This document shows, one piece after another, positions 30,243-37,724 of a DNA stretch of 64,000 nucleotides (its first letter is position 1; each line of letters opens with the position of its first letter). The position numbers and the translations under genes were made by a program. The notes under the pieces are model-generated. The model worked only from the letters and a program-made list of their open reading frames with translations, made no database searches and was not told the DNA's origin. This DNA comes from Patescibacteria group bacterium (lineage in GTDB: Bacteria; Patescibacteriota; Minisyncoccia; Portnoybacterales; UBA2143), in the NCBI GenBank assembly GCA_018830295.1, contig JAHJSM010000001.1, forward strand, positions 129,980 through 193,979. The letters are read 5' to 3'.

Positions 30243-30745
30243 ATCTTACACTTCAACTCCTTCAACGCCCTATGAATCAACACCCTAACCGTTCCTTCGG
30301 GCTTTTCTAAAATTTGGGCGATTTCCTTGTTTGAAAAGTCATCCAAATAGCGCCAAATGATAATATTTTGATATTTATTCTCAATCTGACCAAGCGCCTT
30401 TTTTACTTCCTCCACATCAGAATCTATATTCAATCGGCTGTTTAAATCAAATTTATCTTCAATTTTAGATAAAATACTGTCTTCTGGGTCCATAATAAGA
30501 TCCGTCCGCGATTTTTTGCGATAAAAATCAATCACCAAATTATTGGCTATTTTATAAAGCAAAGCCCTTGGATTCTCAATAACTGTCTTATCCGAGCCGT
30601 CTTCCGAGACATTCCGCCAAAAACGCAAAAAAACCTCCGAAGTCAAATCCTCCGAGTCCCGAGGCGAACTAACCTTCAAGTAAACAAAACGATAAATCCG
30701 CCCCGCATACCTATCATAAATTTTAACAAACTCCCTCTTCTTCAT
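30203..30745 (-). CDS. RNA polymerase sigma-70 family ECF sigma factor
   Basis: Region 2 (EVFLRFW...YRKKSRTDL) and region 4 HTH (YLDDFSNKEIAQILEKPEGTVRVLIHRALKELK). The C-terminal 15 aa (CKMGAAPVAGAAPDA) are encoded by a REP copy. Confidence 0.75.
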   Translation of the reverse strand: MKKREFVKIYDRYAGRIYRFVYLKVSSPRDSEDLTSEVFLRFWRNVSEDGSDKTVIENPRALLYKIANNLVIDFYRKKSRTDLIMDPEDSILSKIEDKFDLNSRLNIDSDVEEVKKALGQIENKYQNIIIWRYLDDFSNKEIAQILEKPEGTVRVLIHRALKELKCKMGAAPVAGAAPDA

Positions 30746-30754
30746 AGGTTTAGA

Positions 30755-30832
30755 GGGGGGGCAGCCCCCGTTTTTGCGGGGGCAGCCCCCCGATTGGAGA
30801 AGGGGGCTGCCCCCGTTGCGGGGGCAGCCCCC
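30755..30832. repeat. REP-like repeat cluster (family A) between the RAYT gene stop and the sigma factor start
   Basis: Two half-units and one full 31-nt hairpin. The cluster ends 10 nt upstream of the sigma factor ATG. Confidence 0.8.
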
Positions 30833-30838
30833 AAGAAA

Positions 30839-31408
30839 CTATTCAAAATCAAGTTTTTCCTTAATTTGAAGGTCAACTACCTCCTCTTCTGTAACTCGTT
30901 TATACCATTCCGGCGAATTATCCCCCATTATCACCTCTTTGTCGCAAAGCGTTCCTTCGCGCGCTCCGATATAGTCGGGATAACTTGACCATTGATAATC
31001 CTCCAACTTACTAACCAAACCCGCAGAAAGAGGATTTAGGTGAATATATGACGAAAGATGCAGAAGATATTCATCTTTATCAATAATCTTACACCCGAAT
31101 CGACCTTGAAAAAGATGCCCTGTTTTACTATATTTCTTGTTGAAATACATTGAATAACTTGTATGTAAAGATGAAACGAACTTGGAAATAGGCGTTTCTG
31201 TATTTTGCCTTATTGCTAAATGAATGTGATTAGGCATTAAGCAATAAAAAACAATTGTAACATTATATTTTTTGTTATATTCTCTTGCTTTCTTTAAATA
31301 AAAAATATAATCTTCTTCATCTAAAAAGATATCTTTTTTATTATTACCACGATTATAAACATGGTAATACGCTCCTTCATAGTAAATTCTTGGTTTATAT
31401 TCTGCCAT
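30839..31408 (-). CDS. REP-associated tyrosine transposase (RAYT; IS200/IS605 TnpA-like Y1 HuH transposase)
   Basis: YYHVYNRGNNKKDIF and MPNHIHLAI (HuH) match the RAYT/COG1943 pattern. SYIHLNPLSAGLV is comparable to the YIYINPVKHG helix of E. coli RayT. The protein is flanked on both sides by REP hairpins. The start is placed at MAEYKP (ATG at 31408). The longer ORF to 31456 reads through a REP. Confidence 0.75.
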   Translation of the reverse strand: MAEYKPRIYYEGAYYHVYNRGNNKKDIFLDEEDYIFYLKKAREYNKKYNVTIVFYCLMPNHIHLAIRQNTETPISKFVSSLHTSYSMYFNKKYSKTGHLFQGRFGCKIIDKDEYLLHLSSYIHLNPLSAGLVSKLEDYQWSSYPDYIGAREGTLCDKEVIMGDNSPEWYKRVTEEEVVDLQIKEKLDFE

Positions 31409-31416
31409 ATGTATTT

Positions 31417-31471
31417 TGGGGGCTGCCCCCGTTGCGGGGGCAGCCCCCATTTCCACGCGGGGGCTGCCCCC
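31417..31471. repeat. REP-like repeat pair (family A) immediately upstream of the RAYT gene
   Basis: Full 31-nt hairpin at 31417-31447 and a half-unit at 31458-31471. Confidence 0.8.
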
Positions 31472-31527
31472 AATTGTTTTCTATACAGTATAGGCGAAAA
31501 GAGATAAAACAGCAAGAGTTTTGTTCA

Positions 31528-34500
31528 TTACTCCCCAAATGCGTACAAAGTTCCGTCGTCGGAGGCGATGTAGATTGTTCCTGTGGAATCAATCGCGGCT
31601 CCTTGGGAAATGACATCGTTTAATTCTTCGGATTGCCATTTGAGAGAGCCGTCGGGGTTAACCGCGTAAAATGTTTTGCTGTTGGAACCGATGTAAATTG
31701 TTCCTTCCTTGTCAATGATTGGCGAGGCGTGAATTTTTCCTTGCGCGTTGAAAGTCCACTTAGTGCTATCATCTGTCTTATTTAAGGCGTGAAGATAATA
31801 ATCATGACTGCCAACATAGATCACATCTTGCCCAACGACTGGTATTGAATTACTAATCTCGCCAACCTGAACAAGATTAGACCATTTTAGACCACCATCA
31901 GATGAATTGAGAGCGTATAAACCATAAATACCGCCAACAAAAATTGTTCCATTATCATCCAAAGCGGGGGCGGTATCAAATGTGCTTGAAGCGCTTTTCC
32001 AAACGATGCTTCCGTCTTGAGGGTTAAGGGCGTAGACATTTCTACTGTTGTCGCCAGGACCTATTTGGCTAACAGTATAAATAATTCCATCTGAATCCAA
32101 AACTGGCGCTTTGACCCAATCTCCATTACTTAAATCCTGATTTTGCCAAACTAATTCTCCGTTGGGATTGAGGGCGTAAAGACCGTATTTAGAGCCGACA
32201 TAGATGGTTCCGTCGGAGGTGATTGTTGGTGAGGAGCCGTCGTGAATATTGTATTTCCATTTTAATTGGCCTTCTGAAGATAAAGCGTATAGATAATGAT
32301 AATTGTCAGATATGTAAATTGTTCCATCCGAAGCGATGGCGGGCGTCTGGATGGTTCCTATGGTTTGAGTGTTATAAAACAATTCCGCTGTTCCTGTGGC
32401 GTTGTCAAAGCTAACTTTGTAGAGGTTGCCGCTGCCTGCGCCGATATATATTTCCCCCTTCAAACCAATAACAGGAGACGATGGGCTGCTGCTTCCTAAA
32501 ATTATTTCCCTCGGAGTACTGGTCGGAGTTCCTGTAGCTGTTCCCGTATTAGAACTTAATCCGCTATGCCGGATATCGCCTTGAAGCATAGGCCAAGCCG
32601 TGTCGGCTAATTCAGGGAAGACAGCGTCTGGCTCAATTAAACTTAAAGAATTTTGCGGATTGGGAACGGTTTGCAAAACAAAGTCCTGACTGTTGTCATC
32701 TCTGTCTATATTATTCCCGCTCCAATGATGCGCGCCGTTGACCGCCAAAAGTTCCGCCGTAGAACTAGCAAATGCTTGGCGTTCTAAACTACCCCAAGGA
32801 AAACTATCAGTATCAACTGGCTTTCCCTCCGCTCCCAAACTATCTTTTCCCCAAGCGATCAAATCAACTGTTTCGTTATCACTTTTTAATAACTTGATTT
32901 TGCCTCCTGCGGCGGATAGATCTAAATAAGTCGGATCGCCCGTGGAAAGAGCCATGGCCGTCAAATCTGGCTCCATACCATAAGAATAACCAGCAGAACT
33001 AGTAGCGGAAGTTAAGAGATAATAACTATGGCTGGGTAAGTTGAAATTAGGCAAGGAACTAGTTGCTTCGCCGTCAACATTAAAATATATGCGATACCAA
33101 GTAGTAGTTGATTGAGACGAAGCGCGTCGCATAGACCAACCGCTCAAATTGATTGGATCATTGGTTGGGTTGTACAATTCAATAAATTCGTCGGTCTTGC
33201 GGCTATCGCCCAGCTGAACGGATATTTCGCTAATAACTATATTCTCCGCTATGGCTGATGGGCTGGAAGAGGCGATATTGGAAATTTCAGAAAGATTTCC
33301 CATATCATCTTCGGACTTTATTGCCCAGTAATATGTTTTGCTTGGCGTTAAGTTAGATATAGTTAAATTTTCCGTGCTGCTCGCGGAAGACGGCGACGGC
33401 TCGCCGACAATATCAGTTGAAGACGCCCAGTTGAGAGCGGTGATTTCGTAGGAAGTGGAGTATCTGATGATGTATGACGAAACAACGATGCTGTCACCCG
33501 GGGCAGTCCAGGAGAGGGCGACTGTCCCTCGGGTGACTCCCGAAGTTGCTGACAAGTCGGAAACAACCGACGGGGGAGTCGTGTCAACAATTAAATTTAG
33601 CAATACATCCTCGCTTTCGTTTTGAGCCGCGTCAATCGCTTTTACGGCGAGATTGTTTTCGCCTTCCAATAAATCAAGAATGCAATCCCAATCGCCCAAT
33701 CCGTCCGCGGTTGTCGTTGCTGCCGTTGTTGAGGCGAGGGAGACAGAAACAAGAAAACCAGGTGAAGATGTTCCAATCAAATTGATTTGATTAAAACCCA
33801 AAATATCCCCCGAAGCATGAGATGTGATGGAGACCACGGGAACGGAGACGGGGGCTGCCCCCGCAACGGGGGCAGCCCCCGATGCCCCACCCCCAATCGG
33901 AAAAGAAAATCCAAAAGGATGAGGAGACGGAACCGCTGGCTCTTCTTCTACCTCTTCTTCAATTTTCTCTTCTTCAACAATAATTATTTCCTCTATTTTC
34001 TCTACCTCTTTTACTTCTTTTATTACTTCAACTTCTTTTATTTCCTTTACTTCTTCTATCACTTCTACCTTCTCTATTACTTCTACCTTCTCTATCACTT
34101 CTATATTTTTTACTTCCTTAACAACAGGATTATTAACCAATGCCCCGCCAATTCCTGCTGATTGAAATGTTAAACCATTATTTCCGCCAAATAGTTCATC
34201 CCAAAAATTCCCAACAACCTCCATCACATATCCAGCATTTATCGGTCTTGTTTCTTCGGGATTGTAATACATAGATTGTTCCCAAGGATATTTAGATGTT
34301 CCGCCGCCTAATTCAATAACAAAAATACTTTTGCTCGCTTCTATTTCTTTGCTTTTGCCAAGTTTTGCCAAATGAAGCAAATCTATTCCTAATATGGGCG
34401 ACTTTGTTAGAGTTATCGCGCCATTAAATTGAGCAATATATTCCTGTGTTATTTCTTTTAGTTTGTAATTGTTATACGCGATTTTATAGCCGTCTTTACT

Positions 34501-35094
34501 CCATTTTTCTATTCTATCCCACATAAAAAAATTACAAATCTCATCACCTTCCTCATCAACACAAACAGCGTGCGAACCATTGGCAACATAAGCCCAAATA
34601 TGATTTGTTTTAGGACTTTCAATTTCTGTATCAAAGGTTTTTCTATGATGAGCCGTTCCAACTGTTCTAATAACTTCTTTTGTTTCTTTATCAACAAAGA
34701 CAAAGACCGCTTCCCAGTCGCTATAGTGTTTATTTTTAACTGTTACTGGATTATTATTGAAAACAAAAAAAGTCCAATACTCATAAACCCAATGGTCGCC
34801 CTCGTCTTCTATGTGGTAGAAAACGACAATATTGTTGGTTTTTTCAGCAAAAGAGAGATTATTATATTTCGCTCTAGCTTCCGCTCCTTCAATTTCTTCT
34901 CCGTTGACAAAATAAAAATCCAACGGGTCGGTTGGATAATATTGCTCATCAGGGTCAAATTGAAAATTAGGCGCGTAATTTAAGACAGAAGGAGGATTAT
35001 TCCCGTCATTCTGCCCCAAAACAAAAAAAGCAATCGAGCAAATAAAAAAAACAAAAAGTAAGATATATGACTTTGGAAAATAAAAGTTTTTCAT
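31528..35094 (-). CDS. Giant secreted multidomain surface protein (about 1188 aa): N-terminal domain, charged E/V/K/I-rich repeat linker, FN3-like domain, lamin-tail domain (LTD), C-terminal PQQ-like beta-propeller
   Basis: Signal peptide MKNFYFPKSYILLFVFFICSIAFFVLG. LTD-like IVISEISVQLGDSRKTDEFIELYNPTNDPINLSGW. C-terminal repeated G(T/E)IY(I/V)GS...Y(A/L)(L/V)N..(D/N)GS.KW motifs typical of PQQ-like propeller blades. An in-frame REP copy lies at 33850-33880. The start is placed at ATG 35094. The ORF extension to 35193 reads through REPs. Confidence 0.65.
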   Translation of the reverse strand: MKNFYFPKSYILLFVFFICSIAFFVLGQNDGNNPPSVLNYAPNFQFDPDEQYYPTDPLDFYFVNGEEIEGAEARAKYNNLSFAEKTNNIVVFYHIEDEGDHWVYEYWTFFVFNNNPVTVKNKHYSDWEAVFVFVDKETKEVIRTVGTAHHRKTFDTEIESPKTNHIWAYVANGSHAVCVDEEGDEICNFFMWDRIEKWSKDGYKIAYNNYKLKEITQEYIAQFNGAITLTKSPILGIDLLHLAKLGKSKEIEASKSIFVIELGGGTSKYPWEQSMYYNPEETRPINAGYVMEVVGNFWDELFGGNNGLTFQSAGIGGALVNNPVVKEVKNIEVIEKVEVIEKVEVIEEVKEIKEVEVIKEVKEVEKIEEIIIVEEEKIEEEVEEEPAVPSPHPFGFSFPIGGGASGAAPVAGAAPVSVPVVSITSHASGDILGFNQINLIGTSSPGFLVSVSLASTTAATTTADGLGDWDCILDLLEGENNLAVKAIDAAQNESEDVLLNLIVDTTPPSVVSDLSATSGVTRGTVALSWTAPGDSIVVSSYIIRYSTSYEITALNWASSTDIVGEPSPSSASSTENLTISNLTPSKTYYWAIKSEDDMGNLSEISNIASSSPSAIAENIVISEISVQLGDSRKTDEFIELYNPTNDPINLSGWSMRRASSQSTTTWYRIYFNVDGEATSSLPNFNLPSHSYYLLTSATSSAGYSYGMEPDLTAMALSTGDPTYLDLSAAGGKIKLLKSDNETVDLIAWGKDSLGAEGKPVDTDSFPWGSLERQAFASSTAELLAVNGAHHWSGNNIDRDDNSQDFVLQTVPNPQNSLSLIEPDAVFPELADTAWPMLQGDIRHSGLSSNTGTATGTPTSTPREIILGSSSPSSPVIGLKGEIYIGAGSGNLYKVSFDNATGTAELFYNTQTIGTIQTPAIASDGTIYISDNYHYLYALSSEGQLKWKYNIHDGSSPTITSDGTIYVGSKYGLYALNPNGELVWQNQDLSNGDWVKAPVLDSDGIIYTVSQIGPGDNSRNVYALNPQDGSIVWKSASSTFDTAPALDDNGTIFVGGIYGLYALNSSDGGLKWSNLVQVGEISNSIPVVGQDVIYVGSHDYYLHALNKTDDSTKWTFNAQGKIHASPIIDKEGTIYIGSNSKTFYAVNPDGSLKWQSEELNDVISQGAAIDSTGTIYIASDDGTLYAFGE
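33850..33880. repeat. REP family A hairpin embedded in frame inside the giant surface protein CDS
   Basis: gggggctgcccccgcaacgggggcagccccc translated as ...GGGASGAAPVAGAAPVSV... in the CDS frame. Confidence 0.8.
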
Positions 35095-35105
35095 CCAGGA
35101 TCTTT

Positions 35106-35160
35106 GGGGGCTGCCCCCGTTGCGGGGGCAGCCCCCTTCCCCAAATCGGGGGCTGCCCCC
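35106..35160. repeat. REP-like repeat pair (family A) in the short intergenic region upstream of the giant surface protein gene
   Basis: Full hairpin at 35106-35136 and half-unit at 35147-35160. Confidence 0.8.
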
Positions 35161-35165
35161 TTTAT

Positions 35166-35798
35166 CTAATTCTCGCTGCCCCAAACTCCCCACCCCAAAA
35201 ACACCCCAAAAATAGCGCTCATTAAAGAAAAAGTTAATAGATAACTAATCATTTGACAATCAAACAAAAAACCAAACGAATTTCCAATCACAGGCGCGAT
35301 TAAGGAGCCAAGAGCGAATCCAACCCCGCCTCTCCAAGTCAAAGACCATTTTTTAAGTTTGAAGAATAGGGAGTAGAGAAAACTGACAATAATGCCCATT
35401 ATGAAGAAAAATAGCCAAAAGTCGCCTACTGTAATATTTGGATCTAAATTCAAAAACTTATTAAATGTCGCAGCGCTTGCAAGTGGCTCCATAAAAAAAC
35501 TTGAGAGATAAATTCCAATAAGATACAAAGGATACTGGAATATCGCCGTCACAATAAATCCAATCACCAATCCCACAAAAACAACTAAAACCGACACTGC
35601 CATTTTCTTCGCGCTTTTCGAAAACCATTGCAAAGCAATTCCGCCGAATATACTTAAAGCGATAGCAAATGAGTAATGAAAAGTATATTCTATATCAGGA
35701 ATTCCCATATACATCACCACCCCCCAAATCAACCCGCCTAAACCAAACCCCAACGCGACGGTCAATAAATACTTCTTTAACGATATTATGTTGTCCAT
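35166..35798 (-). CDS. Polytopic membrane protein (about 6 TM), function unknown
   Basis: Six hydrophobic helices. No recognisable catalytic motif. Confidence 0.5.
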   Translation of the reverse strand: MDNIISLKKYLLTVALGFGLGGLIWGVVMYMGIPDIEYTFHYSFAIALSIFGGIALQWFSKSAKKMAVSVLVVFVGLVIGFIVTAIFQYPLYLIGIYLSSFFMEPLASAATFNKFLNLDPNITVGDFWLFFFIMGIIVSFLYSLFFKLKKWSLTWRGGVGFALGSLIAPVIGNSFGFLFDCQMISYLLTFSLMSAIFGVFLGWGVWGSEN

Positions 35799-35834
35799 AA
35801 AATTCTCCTTTCTTTTTAATTTTAACTTTTAATC

Positions 35835-35869
35835 GGGGACAGTCCCCATTCAAAATGGGGACTGTCCCC
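35835..35869. repeat. Inverted pair of family B palindromic units (GGGGACAGTCCCC ... GGGGACTGTCCCC) forming a 13-bp stem hairpin
   Basis: ggggacagtcccc-attcaaaat-ggggactgtcccc, 37 nt upstream of the membrane protein start. Confidence 0.75.
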
Positions 35870-35976
35870 AAAAGATATATCCCTATCCCAATGAAATGAT
35901 TTGAAATCCTTTTTCTCCCATTATATCACAAAATCGCTTGCGGAAAAATGGGAGGGTATAACAGCAACAACAACAA

Positions 35977-36037
35977 GGTCAGACCTTCAGAAAGAGAATT
36001 GAGGTCAGACCTTTTCAGTTTTGAAAGGTCTGACCTC
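35977..36037. promoter_or_regulatory. Three copies of the palindromic 11-mer AGGTCWGACCT (two direct, one inverted): candidate terminator and/or operator sites
   Basis: aggtcagacctt at 35977 and 36002, and aaggtctgacct at 36026. Located 30 nt downstream of the pseudo-protease gene stop. Confidence 0.45.
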
Positions 36038-36066
36038 AATGCTTCTTAACCCAAGGATTTTTTTTA

Positions 36067-36819
36067 TTAAAACCCTGCAAATAATTTGATTTGACTGGAG
36101 GGGATTGTTTCAATGAGGCCTTTTTGGTCTACTAGGTTTAGACCGATGACCTCGCCCTTGATATTAACCAACGGACCGCCATTGGCTGAAGAATTTTGCT
36201 CAGTTAAATTGATTTTGAGAATTTTCGCGTAAATACTTCTAATGATGCCTAAATTAACAAAACGATTTAACCCTTCTTCTGTTAATTCGGCGCCTATTAA
36301 AATAATCCTCTGTCCTAATCGCAAGTCCTCAAAATCAACAAAAGAAACGACTGGCAAATTACTCTCGCCTATTTTAAGCAAAGCCAGATTACTTCCCACG
36401 TCTTTTTTCACGACTTCCGCCGCCAAAGAATGACTATTTCTAAAAATTAAATACCGGTCGGCTTTAGTGGAAATATTGTCAGCCGCCGTTATAATCAAGC
36501 CATCGCTCGCAATCACGAAACCCGAACCCTGACTAATTATTTTCTCCCCTTGAAGCGCCTGGACAATAACCAAGCAAGGTCCGACCTTACTCACGGCGTC
36601 TTCTATCGCCGTATTTTCAGTAATAACAATTTTTTCTGTTGGATTGATAATAGTTGTCCCATTTCCCGATTGATGAATAAATTTAATTTTAGAAAATGAA
36701 GGAATTGTGGAAAGATACGGTAAAAAAAACTGGTCAGCCAAAACGCCGCCCAGCCCTCCAATGACCAAAATTGCGAACAAATTAAAAACTTTTTTACGCA
36801 TAAACAAGATTTGCCTCAA
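36067..36819 (-). CDS. Membrane-anchored trypsin-fold (S1C/HtrA-like) protein with the catalytic triad apparently substituted (predicted inactive pseudo-protease)
   Basis: N-terminal TM. GSGFVIASDGLIITAADNI aligns to DegP GSGFII..GYIVTNNHVI (H to D). SNLALLKI aligns to TDIALLKI (D to N). NSSANGGPLVNIKGEVIGLN aligns to NPGNSGGPLLNLNGEVIGIN (S to N). Confidence 0.6.
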   Translation of the reverse strand: MRQILFMRKKVFNLFAILVIGGLGGVLADQFFLPYLSTIPSFSKIKFIHQSGNGTTIINPTEKIVITENTAIEDAVSKVGPCLVIVQALQGEKIISQGSGFVIASDGLIITAADNISTKADRYLIFRNSHSLAAEVVKKDVGSNLALLKIGESNLPVVSFVDFEDLRLGQRIILIGAELTEEGLNRFVNLGIIRSIYAKILKINLTEQNSSANGGPLVNIKGEVIGLNLVDQKGLIETIPSSQIKLFAGF

Positions 36820-36823
36820 ACGA

Positions 36824-37201
36824 CTACCAATTCAATTCTATCTTGCGGCTAATACTCATATATTCCCCCTTTGAAGTAATAGTATCCGAGCCATTGTAGT
36901 CGGCAGTATATTTCGCGCGAGCGTTAAAGTCAAGACTATCCGCAACAGTTCCCCCGCCAGCAACATCGCATCCAATTCCCATTTCTTTCCTCACCTCATA
37001 CAAACATCTCTCCGCGCCGGCGTCAGCGGCGTAAAGCGCGATGACTGATTGGCCTGTTTGCCCGGCTAATCTAGTCTGCTGGATTGTTAGAGTAGCTATC
37101 CCTATCACAATCGTTGAAATCATACTCAAAACCAAAACCGCCAAAACAATGGAAATCGCCCCTTTTTGAAAATTTTTTTCCACTAGTTGTCTTTTTGCCA
37201 T
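36824..37201 (-). CDS. PilX-N-like minor pilin / pseudopilin
   Basis: QKGAISIVLAVLVLSMISTIVIGIATLTI matches the PilX_N-type N-terminal hydrophobic segment. Confidence 0.45.
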   Translation of the reverse strand: MAKRQLVEKNFQKGAISIVLAVLVLSMISTIVIGIATLTIQQTRLAGQTGQSVIALYAADAGAERCLYEVRKEMGIGCDVAGGGTVADSLDFNARAKYTADYNGSDTITSKGEYMSISRKIELNW

Positions 37202-37211
37202 TTATTATATC

Positions 37212-37724
37212 TTAGAACCGCCTTGAAGCAATGGTGCTTTGCAAATCCATTTCAAACTCTTCTTCCACCTGTCCATCTACTGTTCCTATCTTCATGACTG
37301 TCGTAACGAGCGCGCGCGCGGGAAAGGACTCTTTCGTGACATAAAATCCGCCCACCACTTCAAGATCCGAAGGACTTAAATCCTGCCAAACTCCCGCATT
37401 TACTCGCCTTTGAATTTTGTCGCTGGAAAATTGATAATCAATGCTATCTCCATTAGAATTAATAATACTTAAAGAAATCAAACCATCACCTGAAGCTGAA
37501 ATAATTTCGCTCGCTCGGATTTCCTTATTCATTGTTTCTAAAATATAGCCAGCTGATTCTTGAACATTCTGCATCACAAAGACCCTTCGCTGGGTTTTAA
37601 TAACAGAAATAGATATTGTTGACACGCTTAACATAATTAAACTAAAAGTAGCCATAGCCACCAATAACTCAACTAATGTAAATCCGTTCTTTTTATCTTT
37701 GTTTTTCATTATTTCCAATTCCAT
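37212..37724 (-). CDS. Type IV pilin-like / pseudopilin protein (class III signal peptide)
   Basis: KNG|FTLVELLVAMATFSLIML is a canonical prepilin cleavage/methylation motif. Confidence 0.7.
   Translation of the reverse strand: MELEIMKNKDKKNGFTLVELLVAMATFSLIMLSVSTISISVIKTQRRVFVMQNVQESAGYILETMNKEIRASEIISASGDGLISLSIINSNGDSIDYQFSSDKIQRRVNAGVWQDLSPSDLEVVGGFYVTKESFPARALVTTVMKIGTVDGQVEEEFEMDLQSTIASRRF

Larger units (their letters stand above)
30755..31471 (-). mobile_element. REP-RAYT-REP unit (REP-flanked RAYT)
   Basis: RAYT CDS bounded by family A hairpins at 31417-31471 (upstream) and 30755-30832 (downstream). Confidence 0.65.

Noticed and set aside
30116-30310. Plus-strand 64-aa ORF (MLHSKGGKMGAAPVAGAAP...) and similar ORFs at 30794-30988 (+), 31285-31623 (+), 31321-31515 (-), 31395-31616 (-), 33787-34161 (+)
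   Set aside because: These are all created by translating REP hairpins (GGGGGCTGCCCCC reads as G-A-A-P or G-G-C-P in several frames). They overlap well-supported genes and have no other coding features.
31409-31456. N-terminal extension of the RAYT ORF (MEMGAAPATGAAPKIH)
   Set aside because: The extension is entirely REP-encoded. The conserved RAYT N-terminus begins at the internal Met (MAEYKPRIYYEG), so the start was placed at 31408.
29273-31471. Possible CRISPR array (regularly recurring GC-rich repeats)
   Set aside because: The repeat copies are palindromic hairpins in both orientations, with irregular spacing (10-14 nt up to kilobases) and partial half-units, and no cas genes. This fits REP elements with an adjacent RAYT.
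34570-34983. Plus-strand 137-aa ORF inside the giant surface protein gene
   Set aside because: It is antisense to a strongly supported CDS and has no motifs.
35095-35193. N-terminal extension of the giant surface protein ORF (MGSLGQRELDKGGSPRFGEGGCPRNGGSPQRSW)
   Set aside because: It reads through the REP pair at 35106-35160 and overlaps the upstream gene's stop. A canonical signal peptide starts at the internal Met (MKNFYFPK...).
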